DNA of 64,000 nt from Catajapyx aquilonaris (taxonomy: Eukaryota). Both the position numbers and the translations under genes were made by a program. Positions 10,574-25,712 of the stretch are shown here, piece by piece. Each line of letters begins with the position of its first letter. Position 1 is the first letter of the stretch. The DNA lies in the NCBI GenBank assembly GCA_000934665.2, contig JYFJ02001668.1, positions 1 through 64,000 on the forward strand. The letters run 5' to 3'. The notes beneath the pieces are model-generated. The model did not search any database. It worked only from the letters and a program-made list of their open reading frames with translations, and was not told the origin of the DNA.

Positions 10574-13500
10574 GTAAGTTACACAAGAAACTCTTTGCTT
10601 TTCACCCCATCCTTCCTTCCTTCCTCTCCAAAGCGTTTCTACCCCCACCCCCTACCTCCCACTTTCCCTCTAGAAGCCTTAAATTGAATTAGTTTGACGG
10701 GGTCGTGGGAATGACATTCTCTGGGATGCTGACTCCGGGAGGGCTTCAACTATCAAGACTAATTTCTTCCAATTAATGTTTCGAGAACATCCGTCTCCAG
10801 CTCATCCCACAAAATGCAAAGTACACAACAGACTTGGGGAGGCCGAGGAGACGGATTTCAAAGCGTTATCGTCGTTGGCACAAATAGGAAATCATCTTAA
10901 TGGGAGGACAGATGACTTGCAGGAGTATTATTCCGAGTATTTCATACTGTAAGGTATACCGGGGGTGTGTAAGCTTCTGCTGCTCTGTATTGGGGGAAAA
11001 GAGGGGGAGAAAAGGACCATTCTGAATTATTCATAACTGTAGCTTATTTATTGGGCTTTTAGCATTCACTTTTATTATTTTCCCCCTTGACAGTGGCTTT
11101 AGCAGTGCGCTTGCGCACGTCCCTAAAGATTTAGGCTGCGGGTTTGGGTAAAACTATGCGATATTTACTAAAACATTAGGGTCGGTAGACACGCGCACTA
11201 TAGAAACACCTGTCAATTGAAACTTCCCGAACTCAATAATGCATCAGTATTGACACAATATGTTACACCTACCTTGGCAGCAGTGGCAGCAGACACGGTT
11301 CGTTTCAGACGGTTTTCTTTGGCTCCACCTGTACGCCAGATAAAACAAAGTGCACTTGAACGTAATTCAACATAAGTGCACCATCTTGACTTAACAATAT
11401 TTCCTTTTGGCCCACGTGATTGTTACAAACCGCAGGCCCGCACAATCACTGCTTTTATTGCCTGCTATCCCCAGATGAGATAAACGCCACCAATAAGTTT
11501 CGGACCCTGCCATCATCCGACATCACAAATCAAAAGGCCCACTCCCAGCCGAATGGAAGTTTAGGACCGACAGAAGGAAGTGGATCATTTCGAGAGCCGA
11601 TTTCGGTCGAGTCAAATGTACCAAAATATGACCCGGTTTCTTGTATCTCGCCCAACTTCCTTGGTAAAACCCCACCCACCTTTCCTCGCCGTATAATTAC
11701 GCTCCAACTTTAACGTCATTTAAGAGTCGCAGTCTAGTTTGGGGAGCCAAGAGAGTAATTTAATCTTAGAGTGCTCTTGCGCGTCTCTGCTATCTGAAAT
11801 AGGAAGAAGGGTCGGGGTAGAAGGAGAGAGAGAGAGGGGTTGGTGCAGCAGGGAAGTGGGTTAAGACCGACGTCAGGTTCCGAAATTGTATGAAAGCGGA
11901 CACGGTGCACTTTGCTGACCTTGTCTGTACTAAATCACCGTTGAATGCGCAAGGAAAGAAAAAAGCCATTATACGACTGGCGACAAAGTGGTCTCTCCCA
12001 TATAGTCGTCTGCAGCCTGCTTTCTGATCAAGAGCCAATCACCCATTATGGTATTCAGACCAAGGAAGACTTCAGATTGTCCTGAAAGGAAGGGTCATCA
12101 CCAGCGAAGGAGGATGAAGAAAGGAGGTTCTTCAGATGCCATTTTTCACTCTGTTGACATGGTGGCTGGCTAAGGCTCGGAAATATTTCATTGTAATATA
12201 ACATGGGTTGATGGGTTGGAATAGGGAAAAACGTATGCATTTGCAAGAATACCTGCCCTCCATCCATGCTGACATAACTGCAGAAGGTACAATGTGAAAC
12301 AGAAACTTCATTTCATAGTGGACAAGGCAAAAAAATGTAATCTCCCTGCCATTGCCTGGAGCACAAGGCAAGAGTTTTTTTTTTGTGCGGCAGTTAGAAT
12401 TTATTTTTTACCCCTGAATGCACAACGATTCTGCTCCTATCCAATGCAGTAAAATTCCATGCTTGCTCTCATGAAAGGCAGTTATTACCCGGAGGGTTTA
12501 TTAATCTTTTAGTTTTTAATTTCCAGCCCCTCCTCCTGTAGGGAGTTTATTTCTCCGATAATTTATTAGTGGCTTCTGCTGAATGTTCTGCCAGAGCATT
12601 TTACATACACCTGCTGTATATATGCCGACGTTTCACGGCACCTCCGGACAACAGCATGCAAACTAGGCCAGAATCTTTCGTCCTCCAATTTCCGCTGAAG
12701 GTTACAGTGTGGAACTGAAACAATATTAGTTCCCACAATAATACAATGGTCCATTTGGGCTAATGATAATTGTTGATTAATAAGTGTGCAAAATCGCTCG
12801 CCATGGCACGCGCAATAACTAATTGTAAAAATCATAACGTAGATAAATTACATTGTGGCATTCTCATATATAATACTAGGTTTTGCAAATGATTAATTAG
12901 CGCTCTGCTGCATTACGGGGTAATAATAGAGTAATAACAAAATTGTGGAATGAACAAGTTTCTATACCCCTAGCCCATTTGGTATACTTGCAGTGAATTC
13001 CACTGTAATTATGCAATCACTAACATTTCAACCCGAATTATTACTATTAATATTTAACGCATAACTTTCCTTATTCAAAGGCTCGTGAAACGTGATAGTG
13101 TTTTATAGAAAATTCCCACTTAGGCTAGGCAGCCTACAACAATTCCGGCTGGCGGCCGAGCAAAATTAAATGAGGTTTCGTGCGGCTTACCTCCCCGAAG
13201 GAATTAGGCAAATATCTCCGCATTAACCAGCTGGTAAAGTACATTAAGGATGCTCATAGGTGAGGATCCTAACGGCGACATCGCAGGGCGCTAATTGGGA
13301 TGAATACGTTTTTGTCAGCTTAGAACATACTAGCTGGAAAATCCCCACCTGATGCTGGCAAGATTTTCCCTCCACATGTTTTTGCAAAAAAAAAAGAAAC
13401 GTACGCCCCTTGTAAAACAGAGAATATAATTTTTTAGCTGCCAACTGCACTCCGCAGGAATTTTGGGTGTAGTGGAAGAGGGAGAGCGCCATGTTAAGCC

Positions 13501-16500
13501 CTTTGTGTGGCCTTTTCCCGCCAGAAAAAAAGGGGTCCTCAAGTTACGCCGCAGGGTCTTCAAGGACTTTTCGTGCGGTTGACCGTCCTCTTAAATCTTT
13601 TTGAGTCCTACATTTTTGGAAGTAAAAAGGGTAGGAAGGGGGGTATCTGTAAACCCAAACTGCACGTGCTGTTACCGGCATGTCTACTTTGGGACGTGCA
13701 TTTGCAGCTGAAATTTGCATTAGCATGCCTCAGGGTGCTGTGTAATGGTACTCGGACATGCAGTCTGGGAATTCAGTCGAATAGGGAGGAAAAGATGATG
13801 TTCCTTTTTTAGTCTCTCTTCAACTTTTGGTTCTACCCAAGGTAAATCCCAAATAAAACATCGTTACATATTCATATCTACTGAGGTGCTATCCATATTC
13901 ATAGAGGGAGGTTATGGTGTCTGGTTTAATTTTTTTCGCTGGAAAGACAGGAAGGGGAGCATAAAATTTTATCACAGAGTGATAAGTCGAAATTGCTTGA
14001 ATTATGTAAGCTTTAACGTTGCAATGAAACGTGATTAGAGCGTAGGAACGGGAATGGATGATTGCTCATTTCATGTGTTATGAATTGAGGATTACAACCC
14101 CATTCTTATTCGAACCCTGCATTTTCATATGTTAAAATCCTGGAAAATCCCTCCTTGTATAACATTCTTATTCCATGTTTTGTCGACGTTATCAACTTCC
14201 AAGTGTAGTGCGGAACCGAACACCCAATAATTCGTTATTATTAGTTTACATGCCGAATGATACTACAGCACGTCAGTACACTAGAGGATTTGGTTTGTTA
14301 GCCTCCATTTTATTCATGAAGCGCCCAGAATCTCGCTGGAAATGCCAATGCGAAACGGGGGCGTTTCGAGGAAAAGGGTATGGAACGATGGAAAATACTA
14401 TGTAAAGGTTTGCTTAGTATGATACTGCTTTCGCAAAATTAATGACTGCTTTTCGCGGCTGCTTGCTAAGAAAACTCACGCAAAGCGCCTATGAATACCG
14501 GTACAAGATGTACGAAAAGGTCATGCTTAGTTGCCACCTGTATATTCCTGTGAGCACCCAAGTGCTTCGATACGGATGGAAAGCTTATGAGCCACGCTGT
14601 ATATATATACATGGCGGCATTTGAGGCCAGGCTTGTTCATAAAATTTTAAGTAGTTGTTTGAAAAGGTCACATTACATATTTACTACAATTGGCCTAATT
14701 GGACCTAAGTGTCTGGGACTGACCAAACCTGCCGAAATCTTTTGCGGGATCTTTTGCTGTTATATGCAAGGGTCCGCCATTTTGGTGACGCAATATGCGC
14801 ATAATGAATCTAAATTACTCTATAACTACAAATAATAGGCTTATTATAATATTACTGTATATTGTAGGTTATGTAACATATAATTAGCCTAAAGCTGATT
14901 GTGGTGCTTAATTGGCAGGATAACAATTTGCGCTTTGACCCTGCGCATTACATACATTCAGTGATACCTAAATGTCGAAAGAGCCTAGTGAAACCACACA
15001 TGAAACTTGAGAGCCAAGCTATCCGCCTTTCTCATGTGCTGACACCAGTTAACAGCCGCAGATATGTGAAACTATGTACACACCAGTATAGCCGACTGTT
15101 GCAAATATCCTGCAGGCATATCGAACAATCTCCTTCATTTATGCAGCAGCAGGCCATCCAGAACATAAACATGAGGGAGGAGGAGTTTGCCATCAATGAA
15201 TGTCATTAGTGCGGACCCGCCCAAAATTTTTATCCTATCCCGGAAGACGGATATCCAAAGTAATTTTATTCGGAAAAGGCTGCGTTCGTAAAACCGCACT
15301 CCAAATGGAGCCGGCAGGAACAAACAATTTGGTTTTCATCCAGGGATGCGGGAAAATTATTTCCCTGCTGCGGGAGGAAGTGCGCCCGCCGCCAAAATAA
15401 ATTATTGAACTGAAAGCATCATCACTCACTCACAAGATAGGCATACACTCGATGCATAGAAGAAAATAGATATAACTAACGATACGGCATTATCGAAGTA
15501 ATGGCTTGGTTCCATCCAACAATTAAGCCACGCATACAAAAAAAAATCGTAGGAAAAACTGGGGCTGCGATTAAATGAATCTGTCTCCGCCCCTCTCTAT
15601 AAGCTGGGATGGCTATAATATTTTTCTGCAGCATTGCATTTGCATGTAGGACGTGCGCAGAATAGAAATTACGGACTAACTGTATCGGGAAAGTTTTTTT
15701 TTCCCCCTCTTCTTTGCTGAACCGTATCATGCATGTTGAAAAGGAAAACCCCTTTTCCCTGGTGTGTCTGTAAATAAGTATTTTTTTTCCTCGAGCATGC
15801 TGAAATTGCTCCTATACTGCATAACTCGTAAGTTTTAATTATAAACGGATCAAAATGCGGGGAAAGAAATGCTGCAGCACGTTAGGCCTGTTAGTATCCT
15901 GAAGCTCTCTTTGGAAGTATAAATGTATTCGTAACTATTCAAACGTTAGTGTCGCTTTTGAGTATAGATGAAGCCTAATGATTTTAAATCCCGGTGTTAA
16001 TGCCTGCAGCATTATGTAAAGTTGCAGGTGCATTAGCACTACGGTACATCACATGAGATGAAAATTACATCAACACCATAAAGCAGACACCATCAACTGA
16101 AAATTTATGCCTCTCTGCTGGGACGGGGAGTTAGTCACTCTTCAAAACACCTTTAAAAACATTACCACTTGAGTGCATTTTAATGTTTATAGATACGACA
16201 TTTTGCATATACATTAGCATTTGTTTGGCGCTGAACTTATTTGGCCGCTTATAATTATGCCGCCCTTACGCTATAATGATCCAATTTATACATTAGCAGT
16301 ATTATGTATATTAAATTTTGTTCCAGGTATTTCGTCAACTGATAATGGGTTTATAACCACGTATACAGCGTAATGAATTGCTATACAGCTCAAATCTTGC
16401 CATTAACAATATCCACATAACAGGGTGTATTTTATTCGCTACATTTACTATCAGCATTACAATGCCTAGCGATTAAATCTGTCATCAGCGTCGCCATTAG

Positions 16501-19500
16501 GCACCACAATGTAACAAATTGAGAAAATAATGGTGCCAATTGATTGAAGCCAAGTATATAATTTGTCACTTTACGCGTAGGTAGTTATTTTTAAAATCTC
16601 CCCGGCAGAACTATAACTTATTATAAAGCCATACAAACAGGATATTTCCGTGCACGTTTTTCAGGATATAATATTTTTATGAACTTTTAATATCAATGAA
16701 CTTTTCTGGTAATCGGATAATACCCCACAATTGCGCAACCATTTCCAACCCGCGATTTGTGGTTACCATACCAATTTTCTTGCCTCATCCGCCCAGGATG
16801 ACAAATTACCGCAAATCTTGATCACCATCATGTCTAAATTTCCTCTCATTCTGAAAGTGGGCACTTGAAACAGATAAATGTCCAACTTGGCATTAGCTCT
16901 GTTCGAATGATTTCATTATGTAACTTTTGCGAAGTCCCAAACTAGGTCAGACCCAGTCGCTGAACCTATGTCCTTAGTACCAATTCTTTTTTGGGACCTC
17001 TGAAAACAAGCGAGGCGAGCCACCCAAACAAGAGTGCGTCCAGACAAAGTCAGCGCGGCCATCAAAGCCAGTCCCTACATTATGACCACCAGTAACCCTC
17101 CATCCTCCAACCCCACCAAACCCGATGTTTTGTGGCCCACCTACAAATAGCAGACAAGCGCGCTTTTTCCCTCCTTTCCTTTTTGCTATGCTAACTCCCC
17201 AACATTTTGCTGCTTTCATCGCGAACTGCTTTTAAAGCCGAACGGCTCACTCGCAGAACTAACTACAGTATCAAATCTGGAAGATTGGTCGCAACGAAAT
17301 GGCTTGGAATCCGATGGCTCCAGACTGCCGAAAACCATAGGCCGATTTAGAGGGGTCTGGAATGAAAGGGTCAGCGGTTGATCCAGACCAAAGTTGCCAT
17401 GCTAACGTTTTACAATGCCACCGAATAAAATAGCAATAACGAAAATTTTTATTGGATTCGCAGAATCCATTTCTATTAATGAAAAAAAAAACTGTGCCTA
17501 CTTCATGGTGCGTAACATCTAAAGTGTGAACCTTTAAGGTCAAGAATTCCCTAGCCTAGATGTTCTAATGGTGAACATAAAAATCTTTTTCACTTGGCGA
17601 AAATGGGTGAAAATAATATTCCTTCTGCAAAAGGTGCACTCATAAATCGTACACAGTAAGTCTCTAGAAGAATGAAACATCACTCGTCGCAATTCCTCTC
17701 CTCCAAAATGCCTTTCTGAACCTGAGACCCATTTTTCATGCCCCATAACGAGACTGTAATAGAGTCTCCATAAAGACGGCCAAGTAAATATTAAAGGTGA
17801 AAATGAAGAAAAGGTACAGAAAGTTAGGGTCATAAAAAAGTTTTCCTTTGGCAATTTGCAAACCTATATTTTTAGGGAGGGTTAGCGAGTAAATATGGCG
17901 CAGGCGGTATTTCGTCGTTGTCCACATAACATACGAGCTGTCGCCTTGGCTGGCTCAGCAGGAGAAAATTACTCTTAGGAATTTGAATTACGTCCATATC
18001 CCCAGCCCCGTTGACTACCGGAATGGCCGCGACCCAAAGCCCCGGAAACACGTGCCGTTTTCGCACAATATCCCTCATTATTAATGAATTTTCGCCTGTG
18101 TGAACACTGCGGCTTCCGAGGCTCCTTTTAGTTTGTTGGGGGGTTCGGACAAAACGTGTGCAGCGGAAGGTATCGCTACGATGCCACAGTTTGCCAGACC
18201 ATTGGTAACTAGTTCAAAAAGAAAGAGTTTAATGAGGCGTGGGACTTTGACTACGCTTCGGTCTCATTGATAAGGCACCGGATGTTAAATTTGCATCGTT
18301 TCTTAAAGCCTTCACTATAATGCTGAACAAATTGCCTGGCTCGTTTAGTCAAGAAGGATGCAGGCAATTTGCTCAACTTGTTTGACACAAGCTTACCTTA
18401 TGAGCGCTACTGATCAACTCACGCGCTAAATGAGAGAGCATGAAGCGAGTATTAATGATTCAACAGACTATTTTGGCTCCTCCAATGGCGTTGCAGCTTA
18501 TTTATTTTTACATGTAAGTAACGAATTTTGGTTGTGTCGTTTTTCTCCCAAATGCAAGCATACCAGAATCTAAATGGCATGTCAATTGATTCAACGGCAA
18601 CTGTTATGTTACGGGTTCAGATGGCACAAAAACCGGCTATAAAGGTAGGCATGCATATCAATATTGCCTTTGATTGGTGCTCGAATTGCAACGCTCCAAC
18701 GCCCACGTTGTGTTTTAACGGTCTGCGAGTGTGAAAAAACGCAATAATATTGTGGCAGGGCGTCACACATGTAGAGTATGTTTACGTTTGCGGCGAGAAC
18801 AATGGTCTCGACCTCTGACCTGTCATAGGATCCATGGTGTAGAGCTCTTCACGCAGGAGAGAGGCCTTGAGGCGCGTTGAGATTTTCTCATATGCGCATG
18901 CGTAGGATTTCCATCCAGCGAATCAGCTGTCTCCGAATAATACGCAGGACAAAACCGACACTATACTGACACTAGTATGGTCACCCCAAATTTGGCGTAA
19001 TGTGAGTATGGCCGCCTTTTCATCATGTGGAGTCCCTCAAGTTAATAAATTCAACCATGATATGGGCTCACATGCTCTCACCTGGCTCCCCCGAATATAT
19101 GTAGCAACGTTGGTTACACTCGTGATAAATAATTATGCAGAACATCTGTGTAAAAGTGCAGATTTCAACATGACGAAAATAAACAACGTGGTCTCCGGGT
19201 ACACTAGTTGACACCGAGAGCGTTGTACGTGACATGTAAGTCCAGAATCCAGCTAGGCACATATCAAGACCAGAGAAGCTCGGTACACTATCCTAATAAT
19301 CTAATAATGTGTCTGCAATTCAGATGCACTGCCTGGTGCTGCAAACCCTCCCCGCCACTCATCGTTTTGCTTCCTAGCACTCTCCACATTTTCTTTTTTT
19401 GCTAGACTTGCTCTCCGGATGGAAAAGACGATATCTTCCCCGGGAAGATGAAATCTGGGGCCAACTCGCCGAAAATTTCAATCTCCACACCTGCCAAACG

Positions 19501-22500
19501 CAGGGCTAGGGCCAAGGGGACCAGACGAGCTTCGAGTCAATTTTTGCGAACATAGTGGGGTTCATCCGAATCGACTTGAGCTTATTTTAAATCATCTCCT
19601 GTAGGTCTAATAATGTGGGAAGGCCTTTTACATATGCCAATTGAATTGGAAGCACAGAAAGTGCTTCCTCGTCTCTTTCTCCCTTTTCTTACAACTCCTT
19701 GGGCCAATATGAGGTCACAAACCTATCTTCGAGAGGGGTGTTGGGTCTCTCCTTATTGTGAAAGCGAAGAAGATTTTTAATTACAGTCAAGGAGAGGAAA
19801 AAGTTTCAGCTCTTCAAAGCTCCGGATATAATACTTTTTAGTATCATAGCCAAAGTAGGGGCGGCGCAAGCGTCAACTAGTCACGCTACTGCCTATTCAA
19901 AGTGCAAAGTTTTGCTTCGTTAACAAGTACAGATGACTTGGCAAGATTAATTTAAAAGCACTTACTCTGTCACACCGTCCTTGCTCGATGTGTATTAAGG
20001 CTGCACTTAGCAAAAGTACAGCTATCAAATAATGTATGTTTCAAAATCGGCACGTACAGAGTTCAAGAGCCCATCCCTTTAATGTTTGCTTAACCACCAG
20101 GCTAGAGCGGTATTAAAACAGGTAGCTTAGAGAGGGATAGTAAAAGAGGGAATAAGTATCATTCTTTCCAACAAAAGTAGGAGGGCAAAAGCCGATGGGA
20201 TGTGGGGCTCATCATCCGGAGACTTCATCAAGGAGCTACGGCTCCATCCTTCCACGTCCATTACACGATCGTCATTTCATCTTTCTCGCCCTCCTTCTCC
20301 TTCTTCTTCCCCCACTTTCCCCTTCTCTTCTTGCCAGCTCACCAAAAACCATCATCACGCCTCAACAGGTGCTTTTCCAATCCCCTTCGCTTCCACGACC
20401 TTAATGAAAACAATCCGAGCAAGTGACGAAATATCGTGTTGCGCAGTGATAAAGAATAGAACGGGTAAGTTGAGGAGGAAAGTGGGAAGGGTTTGGAGAG
20501 GTCGGGGCAGGGAATGAAAGGGGCCGACTAAGAGTTAATTCCAGAGGAAGGAATGATACCGCCTCTATGATAAGCCAAGCGTGAAGCTTGCTCTCTACTT
20601 CCAGACTCTGCGGAATCAGCCAAATGGCTGGATACATTTCCTTCAATAATGTGACGAGAGAATGTTTACAACTAATGCTAACAGGAAGGGATTCGGCCTG
20701 GCTAGTTTGATATAAGTAGGTTATTAGAGCACTACAGTAATAGCGTGGACTGCTTTGAATTATACAGTAGTACATAGGGTCGCTACAGCTGTGGGCGGCC
20801 TAGTTTATAGACTACATAGACAAGAGGACAATAGAATGGATTCACTTGGATTTCGGTCACTCCTGGGCATTCAAATATTAAGGAGATTTTAATCAATCGA
20901 TCTGCTCACTAGATGTAGGCTCCGGCGGCAGTGTGCCCGTGGCCATCAGGCGGCAGGTACAATTGATGAGGAAAATGTAGGATTAACGTGGAACAAAATT
21001 TTGTTTTCGGCCGGCAGCATATATTCTCATTATCCCAGCAGCAATACGTGAAGGGCGGCCACATCGAGAGTGCGCTTGCTGCTTCCATAACAGTGTAAAC
21101 AGACAGAGAGATTAGTCCATACGGCTAGTGGCTGCCAGAGAGAGGTTTGGTTGTAGGAAGCCAACCAGGCACATACACAATATGCACAATGCACCATCAA
21201 CTGCCCCCTCCCCCGCCTCCTCTCCATCCCATCCTCTTGCTGTCCAGTCCCCCTACTACTCAATTCCTCCCCACATGGAGATATTCCGTCGACGCCATTA
21301 TCGAGCTACAATGACCATTGTGTTGATCTTGCAATTAAAGGCTCGCGAGGAATTTCCGGGGACGTTCCGGTTTCGGTGATGGGCTGGGTTTGGAGGGGGT
21401 GAAGGTGCCCCAGAGGGGTTTACAGCGTGGACTCTACTAATCGGCTCTATTTACCCCTCGGATTCCTCCCTGGTCCTTTTTTGCATCCCACTTGCCGATT
21501 AACTATTTTTTTGTAATTAGGGTATTCAGTCGCAGCTCTTTGTATAGATACTCCAACATGGATCCGAGTCGGTAATTTTTAAATAGATTAGCTTTAGCCT
21601 TTACCATAGAGGCCTGCGGCATATGCGCATCAAAACCTGCCGTTCGAAACTTTCAAAACTGGGTGCATTCTACTTTCGCAAGAAGTCATATGCAAACTGG
21701 AACATTCATCTCTTGCGGTTACGACTGGAGTGTTAATGTTATCGAAGTTCAGGAACAGGATAATGCTCCTTTAGAAGTTTCTAACTGCAGGCTAATGTGG
21801 CAGGTTAACTTCCACGAAACGGATGTACTTTTTCCCTCTATTTCTGCTGGAGTTGATAGAGAACATGCACAACTTTGTACGCATGGGTGAAAATATGCCA
21901 ATATAATTATTTAATCATGCTGGATTCTTTTTAGGAAAAGGGTTTAAGCGATGATCTAGGATTATCTGATGAAGCCGAATTATCTTCATTGTTATTGACT
22001 GTGCCAGTCATGGGAAAGTACGGTTTATTAAAAATACTGTCAGAAATTACTCATCAACCTGTACGCAACTTACCGTACACCAGTCACGCACAGGACTCAA
22101 ATAAAGACATTTACGATGCATGCTCTTTGTTCAGTCTAACGGCACTGAGGCTCGAAGGACGATATAAAAGACAAAAAATTAGGAACCATGATTTATATGC
22201 TCTCTTCACGACAGCCTTGTAATCAGCCAACGACATTCGCATTCTTTATGGCCTGATAATTGCAGTGTGGCGTGCTTTTTAGAATCCCAATAGTATTTGC
22301 TGCGTACACATCAGTATTCGGAACAAATGTTTGCTTATATACCCAACCCCCCAAAAATAGTAATAGACTTGCTCCAGCTTATAACTTTCTATCTGAAGCT
22401 CAAAGATATAGGTACAACCCTGGGCAGGACGCGACTACAGAACAATCGCCTATCATTTCCGTTATGTGTACTTTATCGGGGTGCACACCAGGGAGCATAT

Positions 22501-22933
22501 CTCACGTGTGGAGCCCACGCACCAACTACCATTGTTAGGAAAAGGCCATGGGAGCGAAAAATGGCTGCTGATAAGAGGACAGTGTAAGCGTCAATAAAAG
22601 GGTTTGTAGTTACAGGAGCAGCGTTTCACCACCTCATGATCACATAATGAAGGCTGCTCCTGTCCTTCCGCCAACACTGATAATGGAACTCTATCCTGAG
22701 ACGATCAATTTAGCTTCTTTTTTTTATCTCGTCTCCTCTCTTTTTTGGCCAACTCGCGAAGGATTTTTAAGCGCGTTTGTCTCCTGAGTACTGATGCATA
22801 AATTATGAAACTATTACGGAATTGTACTAACTCTTTAGTTAAATACAAGTAGTACCAATTACCCGAATCAAGTAACCGACCAATGCTTGAGGACACAATT
22901 ATTGCACCACAAACATTATATTTAACTTTTCTG

Positions 22934-23152
22934 GTACAGTGCTGGACATATTAGCAGTCCCTAAGGCCCGATTTCTCGAACAGTGGTTCAAATGTAAACT
23001 CGGTTCAAGTCCGGTTTAATCCCAGTTCAGAGACTCTGAATTGGGATTAAACCATCTGAACTGGGATTAAACCGGACTTGAACCGAGTTTACATTTGAAC
23101 CACTGTTCGAGAAATCGGGCCTTAGGGACTGCTAATATGTCCAGCACTGTAC
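22934..23152. mobile_element. Perfect palindrome with 98-bp arms; composite MITE with Tc1-like outer ends and a Harbinger-like inner element
   Basis: 22934-23031 is the exact reverse complement of 23055-23152, with a 23-bp spacer. Outer ends are TA|CAGTGCTGG...CCAGCACTG|TA (Tc1/mariner-style). The inner segment 22965-23121 has ends GGCCCGATTTCTCGAA...TTCGAGAAATCGGGCC, flanked by TAA and TTA. Confidence 0.8.
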
Positions 23153-25658
23153 TGCGCATGTTGTGTGTCACAGTATCACTAAGGAAAAAAGGAAGTGAAT
23201 GCTCTCAATCCACTGTAGGTATCACTAATGACAGCTGGCGCCATCTATCCTTGGCCTTTTCAGAAGCGAACCAGATTAGTGGGCTTAGTAGTGGACATGA
23301 AAATTCTCTCAGCCCTTTTTCCACCACTGCCAGGACCACACTCCCAAAGGAATGCGGTCAGGAGCTGTGATCCCAAAGAGGATAGGGAAACCACTAGAGA
23401 ACGATACGATCGGATTTCGGGGTAGGAACAGAAAAAAAAAACGATGTTTTCCATTTTGTGGCGTATGACCGAAAAAAAGGTTGCTAATTTGTTTACACCC
23501 ATATTGTCACATGCCATCGGAGCGGTGTTCGTCAACGCATTTCGAGAGGCTGTGGCGGAAGAGGAGAGCAAACTATTCAACCTGACACATCCAATTAACA
23601 CTTCGCATGAACTATTCGTCCACCAAGTCTAGCTTTTGTACTAGTTACCAACACGGCAACAGTAAATATTATTGGTAGAAAAATGTTCGCTATTGTAAAG
23701 ACCGCAAATTTTTTTTACTTTAACGTGTGAATTTATTACCCTCCATTATTCAAAATAGCAGCTTCAAAACAATGTGCTAATGAAAATCTGATTATAAGGC
23801 AATTAAATATTGCAAATTATTTATATAATTTTATACTTTGCACTGTCAATATTTATCATCTGTGATTATGCTTACGAGTTTGTTCACTTTGCACAAAATT
23901 ATTCATAACTTTCTGCTTCAATAAAGAGACAGCCACAATCCTATCAACCCAACCCACACTATTTTCTACCCTTACACTTCTTGAGTGGACATTAACTTCA
24001 ATCTGCTTATGATACAAGCCGCTTAAAACATCGGGCAAGAGCTGAGACTATGATGTCGCACACCCCCTCCCCCTACCCACCCATCCAAGCAGCAGAGTCT
24101 CGCTAAATCCCAGCGCTTTGGTCAGAATTTAAGCAGCAGGGTATCATAAAGGAGAATAAGCTCTGCGGTTTAGTACCTCAAAAGGCCCTCTTGAACGACA
24201 GCAGCAAGTGGAGGGAGTGGTCTCCGAACCTTCCTCCCCGGATTCTGCTTTGCCAAAAACCCACTCCAGGACCCGTTTCCTTCTCCTCCCCGAATTGCTG
24301 AGGTTCGCATTGGGTTGCAATGCCTGCAAGTCCGGAACTTCTCCCAAATCCTATGGTAGTAAAAAAAAAAGAAAAAAGTAGGAGCCAGCTGGGGAGGAGG
24401 AAGATGGTGGGGGTGTACACAACGGAGTTTGACCTATATCGGAAGACATTACTTAACATCGCTCATCAACGTCAGTCGATAGTTGCAGAGGGGGGCTTCT
24501 ACAGAAAGCGCCATCCTTTATGCTGCTCTCTCGGGATATTTTTGTAGTTGGCAGGACTTTTTTTTTGTAGTCGTAAATTGCATGCATCCTTCCTGGATGT
24601 AAAACAGTGGATTGCAATCTGTTTCCTGCAGTTATACACCGCAGACTAGACGTTGCAGACGCTGAACCAAGATACACAAATCAAGGATGTTTTGTTCTTT
24701 GGTCTGACGGGGAAAGACTGCAGCAGCTTTTCAAATCCATTATCACCGTGACGGCCACCCTACTGTAAACGGCAACAAAGTTGGAATTTTCATAACTCCT
24801 TCACCAAAGTTAGCCACAATTTTTTGAAAAACCGGTCTCAAGTCGGGGACCACCCCCCTTTTTCTCTCTAGTCTGGGAAAGGATAATCGGAAATCGATGT
24901 ATGGCGAAAAATATCCGGGCCCCTGCGTTTCAGTAGGAATAAATTAATTAGGCAGTTATCGGCTAGTGTATTATCCTCCAATGCACAAGTAACAATAATT
25001 ATGCGCAACTGCCGCATTTCCACGCCAGAGGGGGGGAAAAATCGCTTCTTTAGCAGCCACACACATTCACACGCCGAGATCAATATTACGTCAAATTAAA
25101 TCTGGAAAGGCGGCGGCATATAAATTAAGTCATTTCGCATATACGCCCTGCTTTGAAATTGAATTACCAGCTGGCGAGTTAGACGAAAAATAGAGACGGC
25201 AACGGAAGGAGCGACGTGGACGTACGGAATGCTTAAAATCTATGTTTGCAAGGGATCAACCGTTCGTTAGCTGCATCTCTCCCAAAGTCAACCCCCACCA
25301 CGTCCTTTTTTTTTGATAACTCCAGTCCAAATTATATGAAAGGCACACATTTGCAGCTCATGCTGTCAAATGAAAATTTTCTGCGGCTCCCGAATATTTG
25401 AACACGGTGATAATTTTTGGAGGAAAGGTAGCTCCGGCAAATGGCACACCCTGACATTTTCCATTCGTCCTTTGAGAGGCTGGCAGAAACTTTGCTTTTG
25501 ACTACCATGTATCCTACCATATTCGCTTTTTTTAGCTTACAAAAATCACTTCATTCCTACCGCAGCGAATTTGTCCGCATGCACAAGAACGTAATTGGAA
25601 TCTGGATCCGGCAAGAAGTCTTGGCGAAGAGCAACTTAGGGGGTGGAACCTACCCCAC

Positions 25659-25661
<3 letters not shown>

Positions 25662-25709
<48 letters not shown>
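25662..25709 (+). repeat. (TC)~24 microsatellite
   Basis: Read directly. Confidence 0.95.
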
Positions 25710-25712
<3 letters not shown>

